Positions 19,086 through 32,962 of a stretch of DNA of 64,000 nucleotides are shown here, piece after piece. Position 1 is the first letter of the stretch. Every line of letters begins with the position of its first letter. The stretch covers positions 335 to 64,334 of the forward strand of contig CALMVN010000146.1 of NCBI GenBank assembly GCA_937873225.1, in the 5' to 3' direction. Position numbers and translations under genes: made by a program. This stretch comes from an uncultured Acetobacteraceae bacterium (GTDB taxonomy: Bacteria > Pseudomonadota > Alphaproteobacteria > Acetobacterales > Acetobacteraceae). A model generated the notes under the pieces. That model saw only the letters and a program-made list of their open reading frames with translations, ran no database searches and had not been told where the DNA came from.

Positions 19086-22000
19086 TCAGTGCTTCCTGTG
19101 CTCGCCGATGCCGAGCTGGCGGTGGAACCATTCCCGCATGGTCTGGAAGGTGACGTAGAGCATCGGGATGATGAAGATGCCGATGCCGCTCGCCGCCAGC
19201 ATGCCAGCGAACACCGGGGTGCCGACGTCGCGCCGGCTGACCGAGGCCGCACCGGTCGCGGTCACCAGCGGCAGCAGCCCGAGGATGAAGGCGAACGAGG
19301 TCATCATCACCGCGCGGAACCGCATGTGCGCACCCTGCCGCGCCGCCTCGCGTATGCTCTCGCCCGCCTCGCGCCGTTCCTTGGCGAACTCGACGATCAG
19401 GATGCCGTTCTTCGCCGCCAGCGCGATCAGCACCACCAGGCCGATCTGCGCGTACAGGTCGAGCGACAGCCCGCCCAGCACGATGCCGACGAAGGCGCCG
19501 AGCACGCCGACCGAGACCGACATCAGCACCGGGATCGGGATGATCCAGCTCTCGTACAGCGCCACCAGGAACAGGAACGCGAACAGCAGCGCCATGGCCA
19601 GGATGATGCCGGTCTTCCCCGACGCCGCCACCTCCTGGTACGCGGTGCTGGTCCATTCGTAGTCGTAGCCGGCCTGCAGGGTGTTGCCGGAGATCCGGGC
19701 CATGGTCGCCAGCGCCGTGCCTGACGACACGTGGGGGGCCGGGGTGCCGTTGACGGTGATGGCGCGGAAGTTGTTGTAGCGCGTGATCGCCTGCGGCCCG
19801 GTGATGATGCGCAAGGTCGCCAGCGCCCGAAGCGGCACGGTGCCGCCGCTCGCGTTGCGTATGTAGAGCCGCCACAGGTCGTCGATCTTCGAGCGGTCGC
19901 GCGCCTCGCCCTCCACGTTGACCTGCCATACCCGGCCGAACAGGTTGAAGTCGTTGACGTAGGAACCGCCCAGCGTGGTCTGCAGCGCGTTGAAGATGTC
20001 GTTGACGTTGACGCCCAGCGCCTGCGCCTTGGCCCGGTCGATGTCGAGATACAGCGACGGGGTGTTGGCGGTGAAGGTGGTGAACACGCGCGCGAGGTCC
20101 GAACTCTTGTTCGCCGCCGCGACCAGCCCGCGCAGCTGGGCCGCGAGCTGGTCGGTGTCCTGCCCTTCCAGCGCCTCCAGCTCGTACTCGAAGCCGCCGC
20201 CGGGCGACAGGCCGATGATCGGCGGCAGGTTGAACGGGAACACGGTGGCCTGGCGTATGCCCTGGCTCTCGCCGAACACGCGGCCGATCAGGGCGGTGGC
20301 GCCCTCGGCCGCGGCGGTGCGGTCCTGGAACGCCTTGAGTCGCACGAACACGAAGCCGGCGTTCGGCTCCTGCACCCCGTCCAGGAAGGAGTAGCCGATC
20401 ACCCCGAAGGTGTGTGCGGCACCCGGCAGGTTGCGCGCGAGCTTTTCCACCTGCGCCACCACGCCGCTGGTGCGCCCGACCGCGGCGCCGTCCGGCAGCT
20501 GCACGTTGATGAAGAAGCCGCCCTGGTCCTCCTCCGGCAGGAAGCCTGCCGGCAGGGAGCGCTGCATCAGCCCGATCAGCACGCCGGCGCCGATCACCAC
20601 CAGGATGCCGCCTAGCGCGAAGCCGAGCAGCCGCGACACCACGCGCGAATAACCGTTGCGCACCGCGTCGATCGCCCGCGACACGCCGCCCATGATGCCG
20701 CGCCTCGGGCCGGAATGGCGCAGGAACACCCCGCACAGCGCCGGCGACAGGGTGAGCGCGTTCAGCGCCGAGATCAGCATGGCGGTGCAGATGGTCAGCG
20801 CGAACTGGCGGAACAGCACGCCGGACAGGCCGGGGATGAACGCGATCGGCACGAACACCGACAGCAGCACCAGGGTGATGGCGATGATCGGGCCGGTGAT
20901 CTGCTGCATCGCCTTCTTGGTCGCGTCCGCCGGCGACAGCTCGGGCTCCTCCTCCATCACCCGCTCGACGTTCTCGACCACCACGATGGCGTCGTCGACC
21001 ACGATGCCGATCGCCAGCACCATCGCCAGCAGCGACACCGTGTTGGCCGATATGCCCAATGCCGTCATGCCGGCGAAGGCGCCGATCAGGCTGACCGGGA
21101 TGGCGATGGTGGGGATGATGGTGGCGCGCAGGCTGCCCAGGAACAGGAACACCACGATCACCACCAGCACGAACGCCTCGATGATGGTCTTGATCACCTC
21201 GTGCACGGTGTCGCGCACGAAGTCGGTGCTGTCGTAGGTGATGTTGTAGGTCAGGCCGGGCGGGAAGCGGTGCGACAGCCGCGACACCAGGCCGCGGATC
21301 GCGGTGGCGGTGTCGAGCGCGTTGGCGCCGGGCGACAGGTAGATCGCCAGCGCCACCGACGGGTTGCCGTCGAAGCGGGACTCCGAATCCAGCGTCTGCG
21401 CGCCGAGCTCCACACGTGCCACGTCGCTCAGGCGGAGCACCGAGCCGTCTGCTTGCGCGCGGATCACGATGGCGCCGAACTGCGCCGGGGTCACCAGCCT
21501 TCCTTGTGTCTGCACGTTGAACTGGTACTGCTGGTCCGGGCCGGTCGGACGCGCGCCGATCCGGCCCACCGCCGCCACCGTGTTCTGCTGCGCGATCGCG
21601 GTGGTGATGTCGGACGGCGACAGGCCGAGGTTGGTCAGCCGGTTGGTGTCGAACCAGATCCGCATCGAGTAGTTCTGCCGCGACAGCAGCGACGCCTGGC
21701 CCACGCCCGGGGTGCGCGACACGCCATCGATGACGTTGATCGTCATGTAGTTGGCGATGAACAGCGGCTTGAACACGTTGGTCGGGCTGTAGAAGTTGAT
21801 GAACATCAGGATCGCCGACGAGCGCTTCTGCACCGTCAGGCCTTCCGCCTGCACCGTCGCCGGCAGCTCGGCGTTGGCGGTCTGCACCCGGTTCAGCACG
21901 TTGACCGTGTTGACGTCGGGGTTGGTGCCGAGCTGGAAGCTGACGGTCAGGCCGTACGAGCCGTCGTTGCCGCTGGCCGAGCGCATGTAGATCATCTTGT

Positions 22001-22220
22001 CGACGCCGACGACCTGCGCCTCGATCGGCTGCGCCACCGACTGCTCGACCACGGAAGCGGACGCGCCCGGAAAGGTCGCCGTCACCTGCACCTGCGGCGG
22101 CACCACGTCGGGGAACTGCGCGACCGGGATCCGGGTCAGGCCGACGATGCCGGCGAGCGTGATGACGATCGCGATCACGATCGCCAGCCGCGGCCGGTCG
22201 ATGAAGACGCCGGAAATCAT
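19086..22220 (-). CDS. RND efflux permease (HAE1, AcrB/BepE-like)
   Basis: [53 protein letters not shown]; 1044 aa. Confidence 0.96.
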   Translation of the reverse strand: MISGVFIDRPRLAIVIAIVITLAGIVGLTRIPVAQFPDVVPPQVQVTATFPGASASVVEQSVAQPIEAQVVGVDKMIYMRSASGNDGSYGLTVSFQLGTNPDVNTVNVLNRVQTANAELPATVQAEGLTVQKRSSAILMFINFYSPTNVFKPLFIANYMTINVIDGVSRTPGVGQASLLSRQNYSMRIWFDTNRLTNLGLSPSDITTAIAQQNTVAAVGRIGARPTGPDQQYQFNVQTQGRLVTPAQFGAIVIRAQADGSVLRLSDVARVELGAQTLDSESRFDGNPSVALAIYLSPGANALDTATAIRGLVSRLSHRFPPGLTYNITYDSTDFVRDTVHEVIKTIIEAFVLVVIVVFLFLGSLRATIIPTIAIPVSLIGAFAGMTALGISANTVSLLAMVLAIGIVVDDAIVVVENVERVMEEEPELSPADATKKAMQQITGPIIAITLVLLSVFVPIAFIPGLSGVLFRQFALTICTAMLISALNALTLSPALCGVFLRHSGPRRGIMGGVSRAIDAVRNGYSRVVSRLLGFALGGILVVIGAGVLIGLMQRSLPAGFLPEEDQGGFFINVQLPDGAAVGRTSGVVAQVEKLARNLPGAAHTFGVIGYSFLDGVQEPNAGFVFVRLKAFQDRTAAAEGATALIGRVFGESQGIRQATVFPFNLPPIIGLSPGGGFEYELEALEGQDTDQLAAQLRGLVAAANKSSDLARVFTTFTANTPSLYLDIDRAKAQALGVNVNDIFNALQTTLGGSYVNDFNLFGRVWQVNVEGEARDRSKIDDLWRLYIRNASGGTVPLRALATLRIITGPQAITRYNNFRAITVNGTPAPHVSSGTALATMARISGNTLQAGYDYEWTSTAYQEVAASGKTGIILAMALLFAFLFLVALYESWIIPIPVLMSVSVGVLGAFVGIVLGGLSLDLYAQIGLVVLIALAAKNGILIVEFAKERREAGESIREAARQGAHMRFRAVMMTSFAFILGLLPLVTATGAASVSRRDVGTPVFAGMLAASGIGIFIIPMLYVTFQTMREWFHRQLGIGEHRKH

Positions 22221-22229
22221 GGCGGGATC

Positions 22230-23657
22230 CTAGTGCTGGCTCGGGCTGCTGCTGGGCGCGGGCGGAGACGGGTTGCCCTGGCCCGAAGCCGCCTGGTCCT
22301 TCGAGGCCTGGCTGGCGTTCCGGCCAGGCGCCGAATCGACGCCCTGGCCGGCGCCCTGGCCGGCGTTCTGGCCGCTTCCCGGCGCGCCGGTGTTCGCGGC
22401 TCCCCCGGTCGCGGCTCCGCCGGACACGGCGTTGCGTCCGGCGCCCGACTGCTGGCCCTGCGCCACGTCGGGATCGGCCACCACCGGCTGCGGCGTCGTC
22501 GGCGACACCGCACCCCCGTCGCGCACCCGTTGCAGCCCGTCGACGATGATCCCCTCGCCGTCCGTGAGGCCGGACAGCACCACGGAGTCGGTGCCGACGA
22601 TGTCGCCAAGCTTCAGGTTGACCCGCCTGGCATGGTGCTGCGCGTCCACCGTGAAGGCGTAGTCGCCCTGCTGGTCGGACAGCACCGCGGCGCGCGGGAT
22701 CACCAGGCGCTGCACCGGATGCGGGTCCTGCACCGTCACCGTCACGAACTCGCCGTCCACCAGCTCGCGGCTGGTGAGGCCGTTGCCGCCGGTGTCCTGG
22801 CCGCGCTTCGGGTTGGCGATCGTGGCGCGCAGGGTGATGGTGTCCGTGTCGGTGGACACCGTCGGCGACACGTAGTCCAGATGGCCGTCATGGTCGTAGG
22901 ACGAGCCGTCGCCGAGCGTGAGCTTGACCGCCGCCTGTCCCAGGCCGCCGCTGTTCCGGTACTTCCTTTGCAGCCCGAGCACGTCGCGGGTCGCGGCCGG
23001 GAACACCACGTACATCGGGTCCTGGGTGACGATGGTCGCGAGCGTGCCGCTGGTCGGGCTGACCACGTTGCCCTGGTTCACGGCGGTGGAGGTGATCCGC
23101 CCGTCCACCGGGGCGCGTATCTCGGTGTAGCCGAGCTGGATCTGTGCGCTCTGCAGGTTGCCCTGCGCGGTCAGGACGTTGGCGGCGCCGCTCTGCGCGG
23201 TTTCGGCGGCGTTGTCGTAGGCCTGCTTCTGTCCGGCCGGGGTCTTCAGCAGCGCCGCCTGGCGCTGGAAGTTCACCCGGGCGTTGACCACGTTGGCCTG
23301 GGCCTGGGCCAGCGTGCCCTGCTGCGCCAGCACCTGCGCCTGGAACGGCCCCTGCTCCAGCACGTAGAGCAGGTCGCCCTTCTTCACCTCGGCGCCCTCG
23401 TCGAACAGGCGGCGGTCCAGGTAGGCGGTCACGCGCGCGACCAGCGCCACCCGGTCGATCGCCTGGATCCGGCCGATGTACTGCGCGCTCGACGTCACGG
23501 GCTGGCTGTGCACCGCCATCACGCCCACCGCCGGCGGCGGCGCAGCCGGCGGAGCTGCCAGCGCGGCTTGCGTGACCGGGACGACGAGAGAGGCGAGCAG
23601 GGCGGCAAGCGGGCAGAAGGCGGCGAGCGCCACGGCCCGTGCTGATGGACGCGACAT
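22230..23657 (-). CDS. RND periplasmic adaptor (membrane fusion protein) with a low-complexity C-terminal tail
   Basis: VALVARVTAYL, EGAEVKKGDLL, LGYTEIRAPVDGRI, VIPRAAVLSDQQG. AAGGA precedes ATG 23657; the alternative start is 23681. Confidence 0.93.
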   Translation of the reverse strand: MSRPSARAVALAAFCPLAALLASLVVPVTQAALAAPPAAPPPAVGVMAVHSQPVTSSAQYIGRIQAIDRVALVARVTAYLDRRLFDEGAEVKKGDLLYVLEQGPFQAQVLAQQGTLAQAQANVVNARVNFQRQAALLKTPAGQKQAYDNAAETAQSGAANVLTAQGNLQSAQIQLGYTEIRAPVDGRITSTAVNQGNVVSPTSGTLATIVTQDPMYVVFPAATRDVLGLQRKYRNSGGLGQAAVKLTLGDGSSYDHDGHLDYVSPTVSTDTDTITLRATIANPKRGQDTGGNGLTSRELVDGEFVTVTVQDPHPVQRLVIPRAAVLSDQQGDYAFTVDAQHHARRVNLKLGDIVGTDSVVLSGLTDGEGIIVDGLQRVRDGGAVSPTTPQPVVADPDVAQGQQSGAGRNAVSGGAATGGAANTGAPGSGQNAGQGAGQGVDSAPGRNASQASKDQAASGQGNPSPPAPSSSPSQH

Positions 23658-23747
23658 CCGGGAGTTCCTTGGTTCGGCCATGGCCGGGATCGGCCGCAAC
23701 GAGGCTGACCGATCGGTCACTGCATTACAGGGCCGGTCGCGACACGC

Positions 23748-23774
23748 GCAACTGCCGTCGACGGATGACGTTGC
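23748..23774. promoter_or_regulatory. Palindromic EcfG-type promoter (GCAAC-N17-GTTG on both strands)
   Basis: GCAAC tgccgtcgacggatgac GTTGC; symmetric ends, between the divergent RND and NDH-2 operons. Confidence 0.55.
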
Positions 23775-23842
23775 CCTGCACCAGGCACACGCCGCAAGGG
23801 CGCGCGGAGTTCGGCGGCGCCGGCGGAAAGGGTTTCGGGTCG

Positions 23843-25156
23843 ATGCCAAGCCACATGCCGCGCGCCGAAGCGCGGGAGCCTCCAGGCGCGGCGGCAGTTG
23901 CGCCCTCCGCTCACAAGGTCGTGATCGTGGGTGGCGGCTTCGGCGGACTGAACGCGGCACGGATGCTGGCCGGCACGGGATGCGCCGTCATGCTGGTCGA
24001 CCGCACCAACCACACCCTGTTCCAGCCCCTGCTCTACCAGGTGGCGACCGCCGCGCTCAGCGCCACCAGCATCGCGGTGCCGATCCGCTCGGTGTTCCGG
24101 CGCAGCCCCAACGTGTCCGTGCTGATGGCCGAGGTGACGGGGGTCGACCGCGAGCGCCGGACCGTCGCCCTGGAGGGACACCCGCCGCTTCCCTACGACA
24201 CCCTCGTGATGGCGACCGGGTCGGTCTACTCTTGGTTCGGGCATGACGACTGGGCGACGCGGGCGCCGGCGCTCAAGAGCGCCGCCGACGCGCTGTCGCT
24301 GCGTTCCCGCCTGCTCGACGCGTTCGAGCGTGCGGAAGCCGAGGACGACCCCGCGGAAGTGCGACGGCTGCTGACCTTCGTGGTGGTCGGCGCCGGCGCG
24401 ACCGGGGTGGAGATGGCGGGCTCGATCGCGGAGCTCGCCCGCAACACCCTCGCGCGCGACTTCCGGCGCATCCGGCCTTCCACCGCGCGGATCGTGCTGT
24501 GCGACGCCGGAGACCGCGTGCTGGCCGCCTTTCCCCGCCGCCTGTCCGACTACGCCACCGGACGGCTGCAGCGGATCGGGGTCGAGCTGCGGCTCGATGC
24601 CGGGGTGAAGGCGCTGGACGAGCGCGGCGTGCTGGCGGGCAGCGAACGCATCGACGCCGCCTTCGTGTTCTGGGCTGCGGGCACCGCGGCGACGCCGGTG
24701 GCGCGCTGGCTCGGCATCGACGGCAACCGGCGCGGTTTGGTGGCGGTGGAAGGGGATTGCACCCTGCCCGGCCATCCGGAAATCTTCGTGATCGGCGACG
24801 CGGCCGCCCTCGACGGACCGGACGGCAGGCCGCTGCCGGGACTGGGATCGGTCGCCAAGCAGCAGGGCAGGCATGTCGGCCGGGTGATCGCCGCCCGGCT
24901 CGCTGCCAGGCCCTCGCCCGGACCGTTCCGCTATACCGACTGGGGACAGCTGGCGGTGATCGGCCGCTCGGCCGCGGTGGCGGATTTCGGCCGGGTGCGC
25001 CTGACCGGCCTGCCCGCCTGGCTGGTGTGGAGCGCCGTGCACCTGCTGCTGCTGGTGAGCACGCAGAACCGGGTGGCGGTGTACGTGAACTGGGTGTCGG
25101 CCTGGCTCACCTACAGCCGCGGCGCCCGCGTCATCACCGAGCCGCCGCGCGCATGA
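23843..25156 (+). CDS. Type II NADH dehydrogenase-like FAD/NAD(P) oxidoreductase
   Basis: VVIVGGGFGG, FQPLLYQVAT, TFVVVGAGATGVEMAG, IFVIGD, AKQQG, F.YTDWGQLAVIGR. Start is 23843 or 23855. Confidence 0.92.
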   Translation: MPSHMPRAEAREPPGAAAVAPSAHKVVIVGGGFGGLNAARMLAGTGCAVMLVDRTNHTLFQPLLYQVATAALSATSIAVPIRSVFRRSPNVSVLMAEVTGVDRERRTVALEGHPPLPYDTLVMATGSVYSWFGHDDWATRAPALKSAADALSLRSRLLDAFERAEAEDDPAEVRRLLTFVVVGAGATGVEMAGSIAELARNTLARDFRRIRPSTARIVLCDAGDRVLAAFPRRLSDYATGRLQRIGVELRLDAGVKALDERGVLAGSERIDAAFVFWAAGTAATPVARWLGIDGNRRGLVAVEGDCTLPGHPEIFVIGDAAALDGPDGRPLPGLGSVAKQQGRHVGRVIAARLAARPSPGPFRYTDWGQLAVIGRSAAVADFGRVRLTGLPAWLVWSAVHLLLLVSTQNRVAVYVNWVSAWLTYSRGARVITEPPRA

Positions 25157-26175
25157 CCGGACCGACCTTTCCGGTGTCCGACCATTGCGACGGGACCCTG
25201 TTCCACAACCCCGACACCGAGCCCGCCCCGCAAAGGCCGTCCGCTGGCCGCGGCCTGCTGCCGATCCTGCGCTGGCGCCTGGGCGGCACGCGCGCGCCCT
25301 GGCCGACCGCGATCGTCGACCCGCCGCCGACGGGCGATCCACGCGACGAGCCGCCGCCGGACGGCGCCACGCTGACCTTTCTCGGCCATGCCGGCTTCCT
25401 CCTGCGCCTGCCCGGCCTGACGGTCCTGACCGATCCGGTGTTCAGCGAGCGCTGCTCGCCGGTGTCGTGGGCGGGGCCGAGGCGGGCGCGGCCGCCGGGG
25501 CGCCGCCTGGACGCGCTGCCGCCGGTCGACCTGGTGCTGGTGTCGCACAACCACTACGACCACCTCGACCTGCCGAGCCTGTCGGCGATCGTGCGGCGCG
25601 ACGCGCCGGCCTTCGTCACCCCGCTCGGCAACGGGCGGCTGCTGGCGAAGGCGGGGGCCACGCGGATCACCGAGCTGGACTGGTGGCAGTCGCACCGGAT
25701 CGGCGATGCCACGGTCACCGCCACCCCGGCACGGCACTTCTCCGCCCGCACCCCGTTCGACGGCAGGCGGGCGCTGTGGTCCGGCTTCATGATCGAGCGG
25801 GCGCCGATGCGTGTGCTGTTCGCCGGCGACTCCGGCGACGGGCCGCACTGGGGCGAGATCGGCAGGCAGCTGGGCGCGCCCGATTTGGCGCTGCTGCCGA
25901 TCGGCGCCTACGACCCGCGCTCGCTGATGGCGCCGGTGCACATGAACCCGGAGGAAGCGGTCTCCGCCCACCTGTCGCTGGGCGCGCGCCGCTCGGTGGG
26001 CATGCATTTCGGCACCTTCCAGCTGACCGACGAGCCGATCGACGAGCCGGAGCGCCGGCTGGCCGCGTCGTGCCGCGATCGCGGCCTGCCGCCGGACGCG
26101 TTCGTCACCCTCGGCTGCGGCGACACCCGGAGCTTCACGGCGTCATCACCATCGCTGCCGGGCGGAACCGGCTGA
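25153..26175 (+). CDS. Metallo-beta-lactamase-fold hydrolase (NAPE-PLD/RomA-like)
   Basis: FLGHA, LTDPVFS, SHNHYDHLD (HxHxDH), PARHFS, FAGDSG, LPIGAY, HMNPEEA, GMHFGTF. ATGA overlap with the upstream gene. Confidence 0.93.
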   Translation: MTGPTFPVSDHCDGTLFHNPDTEPAPQRPSAGRGLLPILRWRLGGTRAPWPTAIVDPPPTGDPRDEPPPDGATLTFLGHAGFLLRLPGLTVLTDPVFSERCSPVSWAGPRRARPPGRRLDALPPVDLVLVSHNHYDHLDLPSLSAIVRRDAPAFVTPLGNGRLLAKAGATRITELDWWQSHRIGDATVTATPARHFSARTPFDGRRALWSGFMIERAPMRVLFAGDSGDGPHWGEIGRQLGAPDLALLPIGAYDPRSLMAPVHMNPEEAVSAHLSLGARRSVGMHFGTFQLTDEPIDEPERRLAASCRDRGLPPDAFVTLGCGDTRSFTASSPSLPGGTG

Positions 26176-26189
26176 GACAGGGCGGGTTG
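26164..26189 (+). promoter_or_regulatory. EcfG/SigT-type promoter for glgX-treZ-treY
   Basis: GGAAC cggctgagacagggcgg GTTG (N17), ending about 38 nt before the glgX start. Confidence 0.7.
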
Positions 26190-26226
26190 TGTCGCGGACA
26201 CCGCCTCCATCGTCGAAGGACTACCC

Positions 26227-28365
26227 GTGGCCAGCATCGTCAAGAAGAACCTGCGTGAAGGCTACCCGTTCCCGCGCGGCGCCACCTGGGACGGCAAGGG
26301 GACCAACTTCGCGCTGTTCTCCGCCAACGCCACCAAGGTCGAGATCTGTCTTTTCGACAGGGAGGGCAAGGTCGAGGTCGAACGGATCACCCTGCCGGAG
26401 TATACCGACCAGATCTTCCACGGCTGGCTGCCCGATGTCGGCCCCGGACAGATCTACGGGTATCGCGTGCACGGGCCGTACGCGCCGGAGGCCGGACACC
26501 GCTTCAACCCCAACAAGCTGCTGCTCGACCCGTACGCGCCGGCGCATTTCGGCGAGCTGAAGTGGGACCCGGCGCTGTTCGGCTACACGATCGGCCATCC
26601 CGACGACGACCTGAGCTTCGACGAGCGCGACAGCGCGCCGTTCATGGTGAAGTCGGTGGTGATCGATCCGAGCTTCGACTGGAAGGGCCAGCCGAAGCGC
26701 AATCCGATCGCCTGGGACAGGACGGTGCTCTACGAGACGCACGTCCGCGGCTACACCATGAAGCACCCGAAGGTGCCGGAGAAGTTGCGCGGCACCTATG
26801 TCGGCATGAAGACGCCGGAGGTGCTGTCCTACATCAAGAAGCTCGGCGTTACCTCCATCGAGCTGCTGCCTGTGCACAGCTTCATCCTCGACAGCAACCT
26901 GCTGGAGAAGGGGCTCACCAACTACTGGGGCTACAACTCGATCGGCTTCTTCGCCCCCAACACGCGCTACGCCGCCGAGCCCGAGCAGTCGCTGCGCGAG
27001 TTCAAGGAGATGGTGTCGGCGATCCACGAGGCCGGGCTCGAGGTGATCCTCGACGTAGTCTACAATCATACCGCGGAAGGCAACGAGCGCGGCCCGACCT
27101 TGTCGTTCAAGGGCATCGACAACGCGTCGTACTACCGGCTGCTCGCGGACCAGCCGCGCTACTACGTCAACGACACCGGCACCGGCAACACGGTCAACCT
27201 GTCGCACCCGCGCGTGATCCAGATGGTGACCGACAGCCTGCGCTACTGGGCGGAGGAGACGCATGTGGACGGGTTCCGCTTCGACCTCGGCACCATCCTG
27301 GCGCGCGAGCCGAACGGCTTCGACAATCAGTCCGGCTTTCTCAAGGCGTGCAGCCAGGACCCGACGCTGGGCACCGTCAAGCTGATCGCCGAGCCCTGGG
27401 ATTGCGGCCCCGGCGGCTACCAGGTCGGCGAGTTCCCGCCCGGCTGGGCGGAATGGAACGACAAGTTCCGCGACGAGGTGCGGGAGTTCTGGAAGGGCGA
27501 CCTGGTTGCGGCCAAGATCGCGCCGCGCCTGCTCGGCAGCCCGGCCGAGTTCGACCGCCAAGGCCGCAAGCCTTGGGCCTGCGTCAACTTCGTCACCGCG
27601 CATGACGGCTTCACCTTGAACGACTGCGTCACCTACAACGAGAAGCACAACGAGGCGAACGGCGAGAACAACAACGACGGCTCGTCAGACAACCGGTCCT
27701 TCAACTACGGCGTCGAGGGTCCGACCGACGACCTGGAGATCCAGCGCGTGCGCGCGCGCCAGATTCGCAACATGCTGGCGACGCTGCTGCTCAGCCAGGG
27801 CACGCCGATGCTGCTCGCCGGCGACGAGTTCGGGCGCACGCAAGGCGGCAACAACAACGCGTACTGCCAGGACAGCGACATCTCCTGGGTGAACTGGGAG
27901 ATCGAGGAGAAGGGGCAGAGCCTGATCCGCTTCGTGTCCCGGCTGACCGCGCTGCGCCGCCGCTTCCCGATCCTGCGGCGCAACCGGTTCCTCACCGCGG
28001 GCTACAACGAGGAGCTCGACATCAAGGAGCTCACCTGGCTCAACGCCGGCGGCGGCGAGATGATGCCGGGCGACTGGACCGACGCGCAGTGCTTCGGGCT
28101 GATGCTCGACGGGCGCGCGCAACCGACCGGCATACGGCAGCGCGGCCAGGACGCCACGCTGCTGATGGTGTTCAACGCCTGGCACGACCTGGTCGGCTTC
28201 AAGCTGCCGCCCACGGTCGACCAGCGCTGGAAGCTAATCATCGACACCAACCTGTCCGAGGACGAGGAGGAGAAGGAGGACCAGCACTTCACGCCGGAGC
28301 AGGTCTACGGCGTCACCGGCCGCTCGTTCCTGCTGTTCGAACTCATTCCGGACGCCGCGACATGA
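26227..28365 (+). CDS. glgX: Glycogen debranching enzyme GlgX/TreX (GH13)
   Basis: NFALFSANA, NPNKLLLDPY, NYWGYNSIGFF, LDVVYNHTAEG, DGFRFDLG, IAEPWD, NFVTAHDGFTL, GDEFGRTQGGNNNAYCQD. Confidence 0.97.
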   Translation: MASIVKKNLREGYPFPRGATWDGKGTNFALFSANATKVEICLFDREGKVEVERITLPEYTDQIFHGWLPDVGPGQIYGYRVHGPYAPEAGHRFNPNKLLLDPYAPAHFGELKWDPALFGYTIGHPDDDLSFDERDSAPFMVKSVVIDPSFDWKGQPKRNPIAWDRTVLYETHVRGYTMKHPKVPEKLRGTYVGMKTPEVLSYIKKLGVTSIELLPVHSFILDSNLLEKGLTNYWGYNSIGFFAPNTRYAAEPEQSLREFKEMVSAIHEAGLEVILDVVYNHTAEGNERGPTLSFKGIDNASYYRLLADQPRYYVNDTGTGNTVNLSHPRVIQMVTDSLRYWAEETHVDGFRFDLGTILAREPNGFDNQSGFLKACSQDPTLGTVKLIAEPWDCGPGGYQVGEFPPGWAEWNDKFRDEVREFWKGDLVAAKIAPRLLGSPAEFDRQGRKPWACVNFVTAHDGFTLNDCVTYNEKHNEANGENNNDGSSDNRSFNYGVEGPTDDLEIQRVRARQIRNMLATLLLSQGTPMLLAGDEFGRTQGGNNNAYCQDSDISWVNWEIEEKGQSLIRFVSRLTALRRRFPILRRNRFLTAGYNEELDIKELTWLNAGGGEMMPGDWTDAQCFGLMLDGRAQPTGIRQRGQDATLLMVFNAWHDLVGFKLPPTVDQRWKLIIDTNLSEDEEEKEDQHFTPEQVYGVTGRSFLLFELIPDAAT

Positions 28366-30127
28366 GCAGCCCGGTTCCGCTCCGCCAGGGTGCCGTCCTG
28401 GAGGCGGACGGCGTCCGGTTCCGGCTGTGGGCGCCCGGGTGCGACGCGGTGTCGCTGGCGCTGGAGGAGGGTCGCGTGCTGCCGATGCAGAAGCAGCCCG
28501 ACGGCTTCCACGACCTTCACGTGCCGGGCGCCGGTGCCGGCACGCTCTACCGCTACCAGCTTCCCGACGGCCTCAGGGTTCCGGACCCGGCCTCCCGGTT
28601 CCAGCCGCAGGACGTGCACGGCCCGAGCGAGGTGGTCGACCCGGACGCGTATCGCTGGACCGAGCAGTGGGCGGGGCGGCCCTGGGACGAGGTCGTGCTC
28701 TACGAGCTGCATGTCGGCGCGTTCACGCCGGAAGGCACGTTCCGGGCGGCGGCGGCCAAGCTCGACCATCTCCAGTCGCTCGGCGTCACCGCCATCGAGA
28801 TCATGCCGATCTCAGACTTCCCGGGTCGGCGCAACTGGGGCTACGACGGCGTGCTGCCGTATGCGCCGGATTCGAGCTACGGCCGTCCCGACGACCTGAA
28901 GGCGTTGGTGGAAGCGGCGCACGCGCGCGGCGTCGCGGTGCTGCTCGACGTGGTCTACAACCATTTCGGACCCGACGGGAACTACCTGCCGGTGTACGCC
29001 CCCACCTTCTTCACCGACCGGCACGAGACGCCGTGGGGTGCGGCCATCAACTATGACGGCGCGCATGCGGCGCCGGTGCGCGAGTTCATCATCGGCAACG
29101 CGCTGTACTGGGTCGAGGAGTTCCACCTCGACGGGCTGCGCTTCGACGCGGTGCACGCGATCATCGACGAAAGCGGCAGGCACCTGCTCGACGAGCTGGC
29201 GGAACGGGTGCGCGCGTCCACCACCCGGCCGCTGCACCTGCTGCTGGAGAACGAGGACAACGACCCGACCCGGCTCGGCCGCAAGAACGGGCAGCCGACC
29301 CATTACACCGCGCAATGGAACGACGACGTCCACCACGTGCTGCACACCGCAGCGACGCACGAGCGCACCGGCTACTACGCCGACTACGAGGGCGACACCG
29401 GCCTGCTCGGCAGGGCGCTGGCGGAGGGGTTTGGCTACCAGGGACAGATGATGCCGTATCGCGGCAGCGCGCGCGGGGCGCCGAGCGCGGAGCTGCCGCC
29501 CGGCGCGTTCGTCGCCTTCATCCAGAACCACGACCAGGTCGGCAACCGGGCGTTCGGCGAGCGGCTCGGCAGCATCGCCCCGCCCGAGGCGATGCGGGCG
29601 CTGGCGGCGACCTACCTGCTGCTGCCGCAGGCGCCGATGATCTTCATGGGGGAGGAATGGGGGGCGAAGCAGCCCTTCCCGTTCTTCTGCGACTTCGAGG
29701 GCGAGCTGGCGGACGCGGTGCGGAAGGGCAGGCGCGAGGAGTTCGCGCGCTTCCCCGAGTTCCAGGACCCGGAGATGCGCGACCGCATCCCGGACCCGCT
29801 GGCGGACTCGACCTTCGAGTCGGCCAAGCTGGACTGGAACGCGATGGATCACGCCCTGCTGTCGCTCTACCGCGACCTCATCGCCACCCGCCGCCAGCAC
29901 GTCGTGCCGCTGCTGCCGGCGATCACCCGCGGCGGCAGCGCCACGAGCCTCGGCGAAGCGGCGGTCGAACTGCGCTGGCAGGCCGGCGACCGAACGCTGG
30001 TGCTGGCGGCCAACCTGTCCGACCAGGGGGTCGACCTTCCGGCATCGTCGGGCCAGGTCCTGTGGAGCGAGGGCGACACCGGGGCCGGGCTCGGACCCTG
30101 GTCGGTTCGCTGCACCCTGGAGAGCGC

Positions 30128-30131
<4 letters not shown>
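28362..30131 (+). CDS. treZ: Malto-oligosyltrehalose trehalohydrolase
   Basis: FRLWAP, YELHVGAF, NWGYDGV, DVVYNHFGPDGNY, DGLRFDAVHAI, QNHDQVGNR, MIFMGEEWG. ATGA overlap with glgX. Confidence 0.96.
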
Positions 30132-32872
<2,741 letters not shown>

Positions 32873-32962
32873 GCGGGAGGCCCGGCTCCGGGGCCGCGTT
32901 CCGGCGGATGACAACCGTCGGGCCGCGCGCCTATCCTGCCTCCGCCGCCGTGGAGGACGCCG

